Below, in pieces: positions 26,218 to 34,936 of a stretch of DNA of 43,439 nucleotides (its first letter is position 1; the number at the start of each line of letters is the position of its first letter). The position numbers and the translations under genes are program-made. Under the pieces are notes generated by a model. That model ran no database searches, was not told the DNA's origin, and saw only the letters and a program-made list of their open reading frames with translations. The stretch is taken from the IMG/VR virus record IMGVR_UViG_3300013296_000006, positions 1 through 43,439 of that record; one strand, given 5' to 3'. The stretch is from a virus.

Positions 26218-26506
26218 GACACGACCTTATGAGCCAAACCATTTTTGATTCATCGAAGAGAAGATCACCATTTCGCCCCTCAGTGTGGTGTAAATCCATA
26301 CTCGGTGCGGCAGCCCCACAGCGCGGAAGACCAAGGAGGTAATCTTGACAATGTAAAAGTCCGTTTTGGTCACGATCTTTTACTGCCTTTAGATTTCGAA
26401 AATCTTCGTACTTTATTGAACGCGGACTGCTCTGAGCTATCGGTTTCTGGCTTCTTTTTAAATAGCTTCTCTTTAAACCAGAACTCTGTTTTTGGTCCAA
26501 ACTCAT
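25973..26506 (-). CDS. HNH-like (His-Me finger) protein. The domain occupies the first ~101 aa; the remaining 76 codons overlap rusA out of frame.
   Basis: ATGA coupling at 26503-26506 with GGAGGGGG upstream. Motif HCQDYLLGLPRCG...DLHHTEGRNG...SCHEAAH fits the C..C/HH/CH..H pattern. Confidence 0.5.
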   Translation of the reverse strand: MSLDQKQSSGLKRSYLKRSQKPIAQSSPRSIKYEDFRNLKAVKDRDQNGLLHCQDYLLGLPRCGAAAPSMDLHHTEGRNGDLLFDESKMVWLIRSCHEAAHNTSSSRTKAQDDTAGSLVQRPESRRSEKTPTPQRDAILGLQSRPAQSNSGKLGRTVYSSVQNSHAPFVARKKESIL

Positions 26507-26853
26507 TTTCCCCCTCCAGTAGTGGGGTGTTTACTCCCGCTTCGAACGGCTCCATTGTGGGCTTTTGCACCCTTTTGAGAGATGGCTTTGAGCTTTTTGG
26601 TTTGGCCACTGTCTTTAAGAATTTTGAAATAACCAACACTATTTTTACTCGCAAGTTGTCTAAGCTCTTCGATACGTCCTTCATCTTTAAGCTTACCAAA
26701 GTAACCGCGAGACCGATGTTTCCCACCAGCAGCACCCAATTCGTTATAGTAATTTTCATTTTTCTCCTTATTGGTGGCGGCAGCTTTTTTACCCGCTGCA
26801 GACCTATCAAATGCAGGTATACGCCTACCAAGTTTATCAAATCGTTCTGCCAT
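26503..26853 (-). CDS. KGG/GsiB-like stress-motif protein (116 aa).
   Basis: GAGGA SD site. NYYNELGAAGGKH resembles the EFYQEIGRKGGEA repeat of general stress proteins. Lys/Gly-rich. Confidence 0.4.
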   Translation of the reverse strand: MAERFDKLGRRIPAFDRSAAGKKAAATNKEKNENYYNELGAAGGKHRSRGYFGKLKDEGRIEELRQLASKNSVGYFKILKDSGQTKKLKAISQKGAKAHNGAVRSGSKHPTTGGGK

Positions 26854-26857
26854 AGTG

Positions 26858-27220
26858 TTAATCCTCTAAGTCTTCGAGTTCTTCTTGAACCTGTTGATCG
26901 AATTTGTTCATCCAATCATCGTAAAAAGGGGCAAAATCGTCTTTGGTACCACCTAGTTTCATGTGAAGTGCGAATAATTTTAATCGTAGTTGTTGAGATC
27001 GGCTGCGTTGGCCCTTAATACTGCTATTTTCGGTAGGGATATCAGACAATTCAATCTCATCAATTTTAAAGGCCAAATGGCCATTCTGCTGGTAGTATTT
27101 GTCCACCAAAGAAAAACCACTATTGCTCATTTCACGCAGCGTTTGAAAGCTGAATTTAACTGAGCCATCTTTTACACGGCTAAACGATTTTAGTTGGGCT
27201 TCTACCAGCAGAATTTGCAT
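26858..27220 (-). CDS. Hypothetical protein (120 aa) with an acidic C-terminus.
   Basis: ATG ORF ending QQVQEELEDLED. No family recognised. Confidence 0.5.
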   Translation of the reverse strand: MQILLVEAQLKSFSRVKDGSVKFSFQTLREMSNSGFSLVDKYYQQNGHLAFKIDEIELSDIPTENSSIKGQRSRSQQLRLKLFALHMKLGGTKDDFAPFYDDWMNKFDQQVQEELEDLED

Positions 27221-27222
27221 AG

Positions 27223-27507
27223 CTAAATCTCTAAGTTCCGCGTTAATCGGCTTATAGTATTACTGATTTTCGATAACCTATGACCGTGAGAACCAAGAAG
27301 ACTTACTGTTGTGGAAATACCACAAGAAGTAGTAGCGTCTTCACCTGATTCATCAGGGGTGTTGCTACTAACCACAATCAATCGAGATTCTAGTACTTCA
27401 AGCTGTTTTTCAATAGCAGATAGTAGTTCATCATTTCGATTTATGGTTGATTCTAATGGTGAGATTTCTTGGGCTTTACTCGTTGTAGTTTCATTTTCTC
27501 TGTCCAT
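27223..27507 (-). CDS. Hypothetical acidic protein (94 aa).
   Basis: ATG ORF packed tightly between its neighbours. Confidence 0.5.
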   Translation of the reverse strand: MDRENETTTSKAQEISPLESTINRNDELLSAIEKQLEVLESRLIVVSSNTPDESGEDATTSCGISTTVSLLGSHGHRLSKISNTISRLTRNLEI

Positions 27508-27508
27508 A

Positions 27509-27712
27509 TTATCCTTCTTTCCCAGTTACCTTAAATTTGTGAACCATTTTACCTGAACCAGTAGCGGTAGATTCATCCCTGTCATCAGTGACTTCATCAC
27601 CATCTAACAGGGCTACGATCTCGTATGGCTCCAAAGGGAGCTGACGGACCATGTTCTCTAAATCTTCTTCGCTTTCGAACTCAATTGTTGTCGTCGAGGT
27701 GAAAGTTAGCAT
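27509..27712 (-). CDS. Small, highly acidic protein (67 aa).
   Basis: By my count, about 16 Asp/Glu against 6 Lys/Arg. Tightly packed. Confidence 0.5.
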   Translation of the reverse strand: MLTFTSTTTIEFESEEDLENMVRQLPLEPYEIVALLDGDEVTDDRDESTATGSGKMVHKFKVTGKEG

Positions 27713-27713
27713 A

Positions 27714-27908
27714 TTAGCGATTTGCGAGAGTTAGAAAACCATTGCGCGGGTTTTCTGTGACAACCTTACCATCAGGCAGATCGCAAGCAGTATCACGCTG
27801 ATCCTTACTGAAATAATAGATCGTTTGTACCTTGCCACCGCGCAAAGTTATTTTCTTACAATTCAGGTAGTAAGTTATGTCTTTTGAGTTTGTTTGGGTA
27901 TATCCCAT
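27714..27908 (-). CDS. Hypothetical protein (64 aa).
   Basis: ATG ORF, tightly packed. Confidence 0.5.
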   Translation of the reverse strand: MGYTQTNSKDITYYLNCKKITLRGGKVQTIYYFSKDQRDTACDLPDGKVVTENPRNGFLTLANR

Positions 27909-27913
27909 AGTTT

Positions 27914-28399
27914 TTACTCCTTTCGAGAGCCTTTAGTTGCAACAGTTTCATCGTTGCCTGGTTCATCGTTGTGACGCGATTCAATAACATCATTCGCGTC
28001 AACAGCTTCATGGTCGAAAAGTCCAGTCTGGCGCTCGGTAGTAGTCATTTCGCGCTCACTGATCTTTTCGTGGGTATCGGTTCGTACTTGAGTCACTAAA
28101 CCTTTTTCGTAATCGTAAGTGACTTCTACAGTAACTTCACGAATCTCTCGATTAGTCGAAACGATGTTAGCTAGCTTGGTTTCCTTAGCTTCAGCCTGTT
28201 TGAGATCAGCGTTCAATTCAGCCATGATTGACTTTTTACGGGCCTTCATAGCTTCGGTAGCTGCATGAGCATCGGCTTGCTCATGGGCGCGGGCATTCCA
28301 TTCAACGGCGTTAAGCTCACAAGAAAGTTCCTGTGATACTTTTTCTACCTTTGGTGGAATACCTTCATAAGAGCGCTCTTCTTTTTTCTTAATTGCCAT
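27914..28399 (-). CDS. Coiled-coil protein (161 aa), function unknown.
   Basis: Long charged helix followed by a beta-like segment and an acidic tail. Any Gam- or Gp157-like resemblance is only impressionistic. Confidence 0.45.
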   Translation of the reverse strand: MAIKKKEERSYEGIPPKVEKVSQELSCELNAVEWNARAHEQADAHAATEAMKARKKSIMAELNADLKQAEAKETKLANIVSTNREIREVTVEVTYDYEKGLVTQVRTDTHEKISEREMTTTERQTGLFDHEAVDANDVIESRHNDEPGNDETVATKGSRKE

Positions 28400-28402
28400 G
28401 AT

Positions 28403-28753
28403 TTATCGCCTTCTCGCAGAACGACTGCGCTTTAGAGTTAATTCAGCTTTTTCAGCCCGTTCACGCCATTGATCACAGACTAGTTGAATACCTTCGAGAC
28501 CATCAACTTTACTTTGTAATTTTTCAATGGTTCCCTTTAACTCAGTACATTTTTGTTCAGAATTTCGATACAAAGCACTCATTTGGCCAGCTTCATGCGC
28601 TAAAGTAATCATAGTAAATTCGGCTGCAGGTAGCTTAGGTGCTTCTGCTTTTTCTAGCAAATCTAGTCTGCGTCTTCGGAGTGTTTCTATTTGTTGATCA
28701 ATTTGTTCAATTGCGGGATCATATCCCATTTCCATACCATCGTAATGTCTCAT
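28403..28753 (-). CDS. Coiled-coil protein (116 aa).
   Basis: ATG ORF with heptad-like charged helices. Confidence 0.5.
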   Translation of the reverse strand: MRHYDGMEMGYDPAIEQIDQQIETLRRRRLDLLEKAEAPKLPAAEFTMITLAHEAGQMSALYRNSEQKCTELKGTIEKLQSKVDGLEGIQLVCDQWRERAEKAELTLKRSRSARRR

Positions 28754-28790
28754 ATATTACCTTTCACCTCAGTAGCATAAGCTCTCAAAC

Positions 28791-29648
28791 TTAGAACGCT
28801 ACATCTTTCATAGGCTTTAATTTTTTAGCATCTTTCTGTGGCTTGGTTTCAGCTTTAGCAGCAGAGTCACCGTCACCATCTTCGGTATCGTCATCATCAG
28901 CCTTTTCGTCCAAGTTTTCAATTTGAACATCTTCAGGCTTAACATCCTTACTTGGCTTTGGTTTACCATTCAGTTCATCAGTCGTTGTCGCATACTTAGG
29001 GCCGTCATCCTCGGCAGTAGCGCCGTTGTCATCCTCATCAGGCTTACGTTGCATGTAAGTGTTGAGGTAGCGCTGTAATTGTTCGTCCAGGCGTTGTGCT
29101 TCAGCTTCAGTCGCATCGGTAACATTTTGGCCCTCAAATACAGGGATGAAGTAAGTGTTACGACCCTTCTTAGCCTTTTTAGGCTCATTGGTGATGTATA
29201 CAGCGCACTTGTCGATATCGAACTGTTTTTTAAAGTCGATCCATGCGCTCATAGCTGCACCAGAAAACTTGAAGTTACCAATTTGGAACTCGCCAGTCTC
29301 GTCTTTGAACATTACATACACGCTCTGAGCGAATTTGAGCCCATTTAAGCCCATTTCTTTGATTTGTTGGTAAGTACCACGAGCCTGTATTCCCTGCTTG
29401 GTACGGGCCACCAAAAGGCCGTTAGAATTGCGAACCTCATTACTCCAATAGCCTGATTGTTGAGCATCATTGAAACCAGTAAGTGTTTGGAGTTCATCGA
29501 GCACCAGGAAACTAAACGGTAGTGGCACTTCGATTTCTTCCTGGGTTTCCTTGTCGTAATAGGTGATACGACCACCACCCTCTTCACCGCCGCGCCATTG
29601 CATAAAGCGCGTTGCTGGGTTTTTTACTGTTGGGTTAGATCGTGACAT
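28791..29648 (-). CDS. Putative ssDNA-binding or annealing protein (285 aa).
   Basis: Globular ~200-aa N-domain, then a long acidic tail (DDDDTEDGDGD) ending in Phe. Located next to the exonuclease module. Family not verified. Confidence 0.35.
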   Translation of the reverse strand: MSRSNPTVKNPATRFMQWRGGEEGGGRITYYDKETQEEIEVPLPFSFLVLDELQTLTGFNDAQQSGYWSNEVRNSNGLLVARTKQGIQARGTYQQIKEMGLNGLKFAQSVYVMFKDETGEFQIGNFKFSGAAMSAWIDFKKQFDIDKCAVYITNEPKKAKKGRNTYFIPVFEGQNVTDATEAEAQRLDEQLQRYLNTYMQRKPDEDDNGATAEDDGPKYATTTDELNGKPKPSKDVKPEDVQIENLDEKADDDDTEDGDGDSAAKAETKPQKDAKKLKPMKDVAF

Positions 29649-29863
29649 TACTTTTCCTCCTGCTTAATTTTGCCAAGTTCTGCATCAAAATCACCTTCAG
29701 TACTGATTACTTTGCTGCTAACAGAACATTGTTGGCTATTTACGCTAAAGGCTGTACCAATAGCTCGTACTAGGTTATGGAACAATTCAGCCTGGAAACC
29801 GTTTGTAGTTGTTCCCTCGATAGTTACCAAGTAGCTGTTCTTAAATTTACGATTTTTACCCAT
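29648..29863 (-). CDS. Hypothetical protein (71 aa).
   Basis: TAATG coupling at both ends. Confidence 0.5.
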   Translation of the reverse strand: MGKNRKFKNSYLVTIEGTTTNGFQAELFHNLVRAIGTAFSVNSQQCSVSSKVISTEGDFDAELGKIKQEEK

Positions 29864-30240
29864 TACTTAGTTCCCTTCTTCTTAGTTGCTGGTACCTTGA
29901 CTAACTTGGTTTCGGCGCTTACCTCTTCCTTGAGCCCCAAATATCCCATAATTGCATCAATCTTTTCGGTTAAACTGAATGATTTGGCCTCCCGCTTAGT
30001 GGTATAGATGGGATCATAGAAAGTTTTGATTATGTCAATATTGAAAAACCTAAAACCACGACGAGTACCAACGTGTTCTTGTAAGTTTTCAATATCTTTT
30101 TCAGTAGAATCAATTTTTTCGTATAGCTTACCAATACCTTTACCGTGTTTTAGCTGTTTGTGCTCAAGTCGTTCAATCCGATGCTCAAGCCTCTCAATAT
30201 CAAATAATAATCCCTGAAGAGTTTCTTTTCGCACAAACAT
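29863..30240 (-). CDS. Hypothetical protein (125 aa).
   Basis: TAATG coupling. Coiled-coil N-terminus. Confidence 0.5.
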   Translation of the reverse strand: MFVRKETLQGLLFDIERLEHRIERLEHKQLKHGKGIGKLYEKIDSTEKDIENLQEHVGTRRGFRFFNIDIIKTFYDPIYTTKREAKSFSLTEKIDAIMGYLGLKEEVSAETKLVKVPATKKKGTK

Positions 30241-31433
30241 TAGAATGCCTCCTTAGTTTCGTTATTTTTACCTTGTGGTAACTCTGCGTGTGCCAAGAGT
30301 GCTTTCTTGGTTTTTTTCATCAACTGGAAGCAGAGAATTACTGCTTTGGCCCATTTCAAACAATCATCAACAGTCAAACCACACTCACTGGCATACACCA
30401 AGCTAAACTCACCATCCTTACGGGCAGATACCACTAGAAGGTCATCTGCGGGCTCGTGGCCCATTTCGCGGCGAATAAGCTCATAGAAAGCATCCTGAAT
30501 GAAATAACTGTAATACACGCCTTCTGGTGCCGCAGCATCGGTATTTACACTAGCATTGCTAGTCTTCCAGTCTGTCGTACAACGAACATGAGTTTTGAGC
30601 TTATCTGTTGTCTCAGTTTGTGTGATCCTGATCCCTTTACCCTGTCTCATTTTGGTAATGATAGTTTCGTAAAGTGGTTTATCCTTATAAATCGGGTGAT
30701 GTTCAACTGGAATCCCTAAATCAGCATCGTAGGTGCCAGGGTAATCATATTCCATAGAGTACAAAATCTCTTCAGCACCGTATAGAACGGGCTTAGTTTC
30801 CAACCACCAAATCTTAAAGCGGCTAAAAGCTTTAGTAGCCATTTCAATATCAGCGGGTGCTTCTTGGAATGCTAAATTACGATCTGCTTCATCGGGGTCA
30901 TCCTCACCAGGTTTAGGAATCGGAAATGCGTCTTTGATAGCCCAGTTATAAGCTTCAGCAATATCAAATTCTTCGCCCTTGATGTAGTGTTCGATGGCAT
31001 CGTGAACGACTGAACCGATATCAGCACCTTTCTTTTGTTTACGTTGCCAGTTTTTACTAGCGGATAGAATAAACGGTAAAGCTTCTTCTTTCGATAGCGG
31101 TGCTAAGCCATCTTTTCCCCATAGAGTACCGCCTCCATTCTTAGCAGAAAAACCAGTCATACGCTCACCCTTTTCATTGGTGAAATCATAGAAGCCAAAT
31201 AGCTCAGACAATGCCATTCCCATAGGCCAGGTCATCAAACCTTTTTTCTCAAGAGTGTCACCAAGAATAGTGGTTACACCAGTTGGCCGAGTAGCCTTAC
31301 CCCAGGCTTTTTTATCAGTTTCGGGTAAATCCCAGTTTTCACGGTGACGAATGTAGTAGCGGTGTGATTTGTCGAGATAATCAAGCTTTATCTTCCCATC
31401 GTACAGAACTTTTGTTATGTCTTTGAATGCCAT
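30240..31433 (-). CDS. PD-(D/E)XK (RecB/Cas4-like) exonuclease.
   Basis: 397 aa. Motifs: GSVVHDAIEHY, YDADLG, TTDWKT (D-x-K) and YFIQDAFY (QxxxY). Confidence 0.65.
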   Translation of the reverse strand: MAFKDITKVLYDGKIKLDYLDKSHRYYIRHRENWDLPETDKKAWGKATRPTGVTTILGDTLEKKGLMTWPMGMALSELFGFYDFTNEKGERMTGFSAKNGGGTLWGKDGLAPLSKEEALPFILSASKNWQRKQKKGADIGSVVHDAIEHYIKGEEFDIAEAYNWAIKDAFPIPKPGEDDPDEADRNLAFQEAPADIEMATKAFSRFKIWWLETKPVLYGAEEILYSMEYDYPGTYDADLGIPVEHHPIYKDKPLYETIITKMRQGKGIRITQTETTDKLKTHVRCTTDWKTSNASVNTDAAAPEGVYYSYFIQDAFYELIRREMGHEPADDLLVVSARKDGEFSLVYASECGLTVDDCLKWAKAVILCFQLMKKTKKALLAHAELPQGKNNETKEAF

Positions 31434-31627
31434 TATTTTACTTCTTTCATTATTTCTCGACCAATATGAAGTTCCAATTGTTTTTTAATAGAAATTTGAG
31501 CATTCATTTTGATTGTAGCGATTAGGCTTTTAGTATAATCTTTGCTATTAGCTTCTGTAAGATATTTACGGTCCTTTAAATCTGCAATACGCCACTCTGC
31601 TTTCAGTATTTCAATCTCAATATTCAT
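31433..31627 (-). CDS. Hypothetical coiled-coil protein (64 aa).
   Basis: TAATG coupling. Confidence 0.45.
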   Translation of the reverse strand: MNIEIEILKAEWRIADLKDRKYLTEANSKDYTKSLIATIKMNAQISIKKQLELHIGREIMKEVK

Positions 31628-31701
31628 TATTCCGCTACCTTTTCAGATTCAGATAGCTTTGCTTGTTCAGCAACTATTTGTGTAAATTGTTCGTTTTCCA
31701 T
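31627..31701 (-). CDS. Tiny ORF (24 aa).
   Basis: AAGGAG SD site 5 nt upstream of the ATG at 31701. TAATG overlap with the next gene. First ORF after the promoter at 31729-31757. Confidence 0.3.
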   Translation of the reverse strand: MENEQFTQIVAEQAKLSESEKVAE

Positions 31702-31728
31702 ACCGCTCCTTACTTCGTTATTGTTGTC

Positions 31729-31757
31729 AGGTTAGCATACCATAAACGCGCTGTCAA
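31729..31757 (-). promoter_or_regulatory. Sigma70-like promoter, minus strand (TTGACA-17-TAACCT).
   Basis: Minus strand reads TTGACAgcgcgTTTATGGTATGCTAAcct. Of its first 27 nt, 23 match the promoter at 33085-33113. Confidence 0.6.
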
Positions 31758-31762
31758 GTAGA

Positions 31763-31939
31763 TTATAAATACTCTGCTAATGGTTTGAGTGTCGATTTTT
31801 CTGCCCTATTTTTAAACCAACCCCAAAATGTTGCTTCTAGAGGAGTGGCATATTCATAACGGTTATGGCAGTCCTTGAATTCATCACTTTCCAAAAATTC
31901 TATCCAATACTTATCCATAATTCTATCGCGTACAGTCAT
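31763..31939 (-). CDS. Hypothetical protein (58 aa; below the track cut-off).
   Basis: ATGA overlap with the stop of 31936-32331. Translates MTVRDRIMDKYWIEFLESDEF... Confidence 0.45.
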   Translation of the reverse strand: MTVRDRIMDKYWIEFLESDEFKDCHNRYEYATPLEATFWGWFKNRAEKSTLKPLAEYL

Positions 31940-32331
31940 CCCATAACTCCTATCAATTGATTACGCCTAACAATTTCTTCTTCAAGCACCAAAATGTGAT
32001 TGTTAATTTGTTTTACCTCTCGAATAATCGTATTTACGAAAGTGTAGTAACCCGCATCCGCCACTGTTACTACGTCACCTGGCATGGTCCGCGGTGGTTC
32101 ATTTTTTTGGAGCGGTAGCTGAAGCTCAAAGCGCTCAGCTATATCACTGTAATCTTCTAGTAGATGGCCATAGAAAGCGTACTGCATAAATATTGCCTGC
32201 CAACTAGCACTACGGATATCTGGCACAGTAGTTAGATTTGTAACTACATTAGCAGCTAATCGCTTTTGGTGTTGTCGGTCCGCCATCAGCCATTTACTCG
32301 CTAAATTGGGGTATTGGGGTTCCGTCTTCAA
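31936..32331 (-). CDS. Hypothetical protein (131 aa from TTG, or 116 aa from the ATG at 32286).
   Basis: The TTG at 32331 has AAGGGA upstream. The in-frame ATG at 32286 lies just after the upstream stop. Confidence 0.5.
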   Translation of the reverse strand: MKTEPQYPNLASKWLMADRQHQKRLAANVVTNLTTVPDIRSASWQAIFMQYAFYGHLLEDYSDIAERFELQLPLQKNEPPRTMPGDVVTVADAGYYTFVNTIIREVKQINNHILVLEEEIVRRNQLIGVMG

Positions 32332-32704
32332 AATGATTATCCCTTCTATCTAAATATTTTTTCTCACCGTCCTCAGTTGCAGGCTCAGTGACAGGTACTT
32401 GGCAATCTAAACACATAGGTGGCACTTGATCAGAATCAACCTCATGGCCGTAGTGCATCCGAACTATTCGCTGATCAACTAACTCAATATGCACACCCCA
32501 CATTCGCTTAGCCTTTCGGTCTATCTTGGTAACTTTGATGGTGGTGATTGAGCCTTCGTAGTTGAATTTTAAGACACGGCCAACACGGAACACGAACTTG
32601 TGAGTTTCAGGGTCAACTTCTTGGTACACATCCCCGAATAGATCAGTTATTTCTTCGCGCTTGGTAGCCATAGCGCGGTGAGTTTGTTTAAAGGGCTTAC
32701 TCAT
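32294..32704 (-). CDS. Hypothetical protein (136 aa).
   Basis: ATG ORF overlapping the upstream gene by 8 nt. Confidence 0.5.
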   Translation of the reverse strand: MSKPFKQTHRAMATKREEITDLFGDVYQEVDPETHKFVFRVGRVLKFNYEGSITTIKVTKIDRKAKRMWGVHIELVDQRIVRMHYGHEVDSDQVPPMCLDCQVPVTEPATEDGEKKYLDRRDNHFEDGTPIPQFSE

Positions 32705-33059
32705 GGTATTTTTCCTTTTTCAGAACAAGTGGTTTTGGTTGCTTAAAAACTAGTGAACGCATATCGTCAAGATGTTTTTTAGTAGCTATCAATTCACCTG
32801 CAACAAAGTTGTTGTTTGGTGATGGGAATCCCTTTTTTTCAAGGGCTTGTAGTAATAGTGCTGCAGTTTCTTGGTCAGGTAACAGACAAAAAACTAACTC
32901 GTCAGTTCGAATAGGTCTTTCAATTTTCTTTACGGCTTTAGTCTCAGTGCCGCCTTTGATTAAAAACTGTCGCTCATCGGGTAGATATTGTCGAAAAATA
33001 TAAACCTCTACCTCTTGTGTATAGCCTGGTTGTTGAATTTGAACTTGCCAATCGTACAT
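32697..33059 (-). CDS. Hypothetical protein (120 aa).
   Basis: ATG at 33059 with AAGGAG upstream. The track start at 33113 is the TTG of a TTGACA promoter box. Confidence 0.5.
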   Translation of the reverse strand: MYDWQVQIQQPGYTQEVEVYIFRQYLPDERQFLIKGGTETKAVKKIERPIRTDELVFCLLPDQETAALLLQALEKKGFPSPNNNFVAGELIATKKHLDDMRSLVFKQPKPLVLKKEKYHE

Positions 33060-33084
33060 AGTTCGCTCCTTACTGCTTAAAATC

Positions 33085-33113
33085 ACCTTAGCATACCATA
33101 AACGTATTGTCAA
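33085..33113 (-). promoter_or_regulatory. Sigma70-like promoter, minus strand (TTGACA-17-TAAGGT).
   Basis: Minus strand reads TTGACAatacgTTTATGGTATGCTAAggt, in the gap between the primase gene and 32697-33059. Confidence 0.6.
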
Positions 33114-33140
33114 GCACTTTCTACAATGCTTGTGGATAAG

Positions 33141-34145
33141 CTAAAATAGTAACTGTGGCTGAACCTTCGCAGGCTCCTTACTTTCGAAGGGATCAGCCAT
33201 TTTTATTTCTTCGGCTCCTGGCCAGTTCGACGACACTTCAGATGGGATGCTTGCAGGTAACTTCTTACCAAACAATTCTTCAAAGGCATAATCCTGCACA
33301 GTCTCAACATCGGTGGCTTCCAAAAACTCGCCCCAATCTTTATATTTCGTCGGCACCTGTTTTACTCTGTACGGTAAAATCTCATCCAAAGCCTCACGCA
33401 GCTTGTCGCCTGCAGTATCGTTGTCGCCCGCGTAGACGACCTGTATGCCGTTTTCTTTGCAATACATGGCAAATGCCTTAACTAACTCGCCAGAAGCCGC
33501 TGACGGGGCCGCAATCCATGGCACAGCGCAATATTCAAGCACAGCCGCATCACTCGTGCCTTCCACCAAAAATAATTTGTCGTTATCCAAATTCCAAGTA
33601 CCATACATGGTCGGCTTGGCATCTTTGAGCATAGTAAAGCGGACATCACCCTGCAAATGACGGTATTGCGCAAACGGAATTGAACCCTTGCTAGCACTGA
33701 AATAAGGAATAAAAACACTATGGTTATGTTTACGCCAGCCCATGTCATTGAGCACATCACTGGGTACACCGTGCAAATGAAACTCAGGTAGTAATTCCAT
33801 CTTCTCCCAATCGGCCATAAGATCAAACTGCTTGTATTTGTGCTCAGTCACTTTTTGCTCCCGTCGAATCGAATTATTGGATCGACCCCGTTCGCTATAT
33901 ACAGGCTGTTGTTGATTTTCGCGTAATGAAGGGAAGGCTTTTGTAATGTGGAATCGTCCGCATCCCGCGTGGCAGTTGACAAACCAGTCATCTTTATAGA
34001 TTTGTACCGATGGGTGTTTATCATCATGCATGGGACATTGCGAAAGGAGATAGCGACCCTTATTAAAATATTTGAGTCCCGCGCGGTCCAACTCCATAAG
34101 CACATCATTTTCTGTAAATTTATCTTCCTCATAATTCCCTTTCAT
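33141..34145 (-). CDS. DnaG-like DNA primase (zinc finger plus Toprim).
   Basis: CPMHDDKHPSVQIYKDDWFVNCHAGCG is a CHC2-type zinc finger. Toprim residues appear in LFLVEGTSDA and YAGDNDTAGD. Confidence 0.8.
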   Translation of the reverse strand: MKGNYEEDKFTENDVLMELDRAGLKYFNKGRYLLSQCPMHDDKHPSVQIYKDDWFVNCHAGCGRFHITKAFPSLRENQQQPVYSERGRSNNSIRREQKVTEHKYKQFDLMADWEKMELLPEFHLHGVPSDVLNDMGWRKHNHSVFIPYFSASKGSIPFAQYRHLQGDVRFTMLKDAKPTMYGTWNLDNDKLFLVEGTSDAAVLEYCAVPWIAAPSAASGELVKAFAMYCKENGIQVVYAGDNDTAGDKLREALDEILPYRVKQVPTKYKDWGEFLEATDVETVQDYAFEELFGKKLPASIPSEVSSNWPGAEEIKMADPFESKEPAKVQPQLLF

Positions 34146-34936
34146 ACTATTGGTTCCAACTTACTATCAACCATGAGCATACAGTAGTGAAAGTTTGGCT
34201 TTTTTGTAAAGCGTGATTTCTGCAACTGCAACCGAATGGTATCATCAACATTTTTTTCTTCCGACACCGATATAACTTTGGTGGCAGCTTGTGAAATAGC
34301 ACTTGAGCCCACAATCTGATCCATACCCTTGGCACCAGCTTTTTTGTTCACATGGCTCACCAAAATAATGGTCTTTTTGTTCTGCTTCATTAACTGGTTA
34401 AGCTTCTGCATAAATACTCGTTGCGCAATGTATTCATTTTCCTGTTTAGCCATTTCTGCATTTTCAAAGGCAAATTGCAAGTGATCGAGTAAAATCAACT
34501 CAATACCAGCGTCAAACCAGTCTTGGATATACTTCAGCAGATCGTCGAGACTCCAAGATTTTGTAAGCTCACCTTCAGGCAAGCACCAAACAGTATCGCC
34601 ACTGTTCATGGCTCGATACTCACTCGGAGTTAGGATTTGGGCTAAGCGGTTGCTGACATCGGCCATGTCATCTTCGAGAACCAATAGCCCTACCTTTGTG
34701 CCATTCCTGATAGCGGGCGCTAGAAAATTCAGGGCTACAGTTGACTTACCAACTCCCGTGGGGCCATAGAGCAACACAATTTCATAACCGTTCTTACGAC
34801 CGAAGCCGCCAGCGAAATATTTGTCAAGCACATCCTGACCTGTGCTGTAAAGATCAGTGCGGCCCCAAGTTTTGTTAATTTCCATAGCTTTTTCATAAAA
34901 ATCACCAATGACTGATATCTGTTTTGATAATCCCAT
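34142..34936 (-). CDS. DnaB-like/RecA-fold replicative helicase (264 aa).
   Basis: Walker A LLYGPTGVGKST, Walker B ELILLDHLQ, plus a VSHVNKK segment. ATGA coupling to the primase gene. Confidence 0.7.
   Translation of the reverse strand: MGLSKQISVIGDFYEKAMEINKTWGRTDLYSTGQDVLDKYFAGGFGRKNGYEIVLLYGPTGVGKSTVALNFLAPAIRNGTKVGLLVLEDDMADVSNRLAQILTPSEYRAMNSGDTVWCLPEGELTKSWSLDDLLKYIQDWFDAGIELILLDHLQFAFENAEMAKQENEYIAQRVFMQKLNQLMKQNKKTIILVSHVNKKAGAKGMDQIVGSSAISQAATKVISVSEEKNVDDTIRLQLQKSRFTKKPNFHYCMLMVDSKLEPIV

Noticed and set aside
26370-26915. 181-aa minus-strand ORF in an alternative frame over the KGG-like gene.
   Set aside because: It has no SD site and a junk-like basic composition. It overlaps two better-supported genes on the same strand. 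Overprinting cannot be excluded, but nothing supports it.
26245-27018. 257-aa + strand ORF, antisense to four early genes.
   Set aside because: It has a non-ATG start and a Phe/Ser/Leu-rich composition typical of the antisense of Lys/Glu-rich genes. It lies entirely over minus-strand genes that have SD sites and ATGA/TAATG coupling.
33155-34132. Several 70-114 aa ORFs on both strands within the primase gene.
   Set aside because: The primase frame carries clear zinc-finger and Toprim motifs. The others are shadows.
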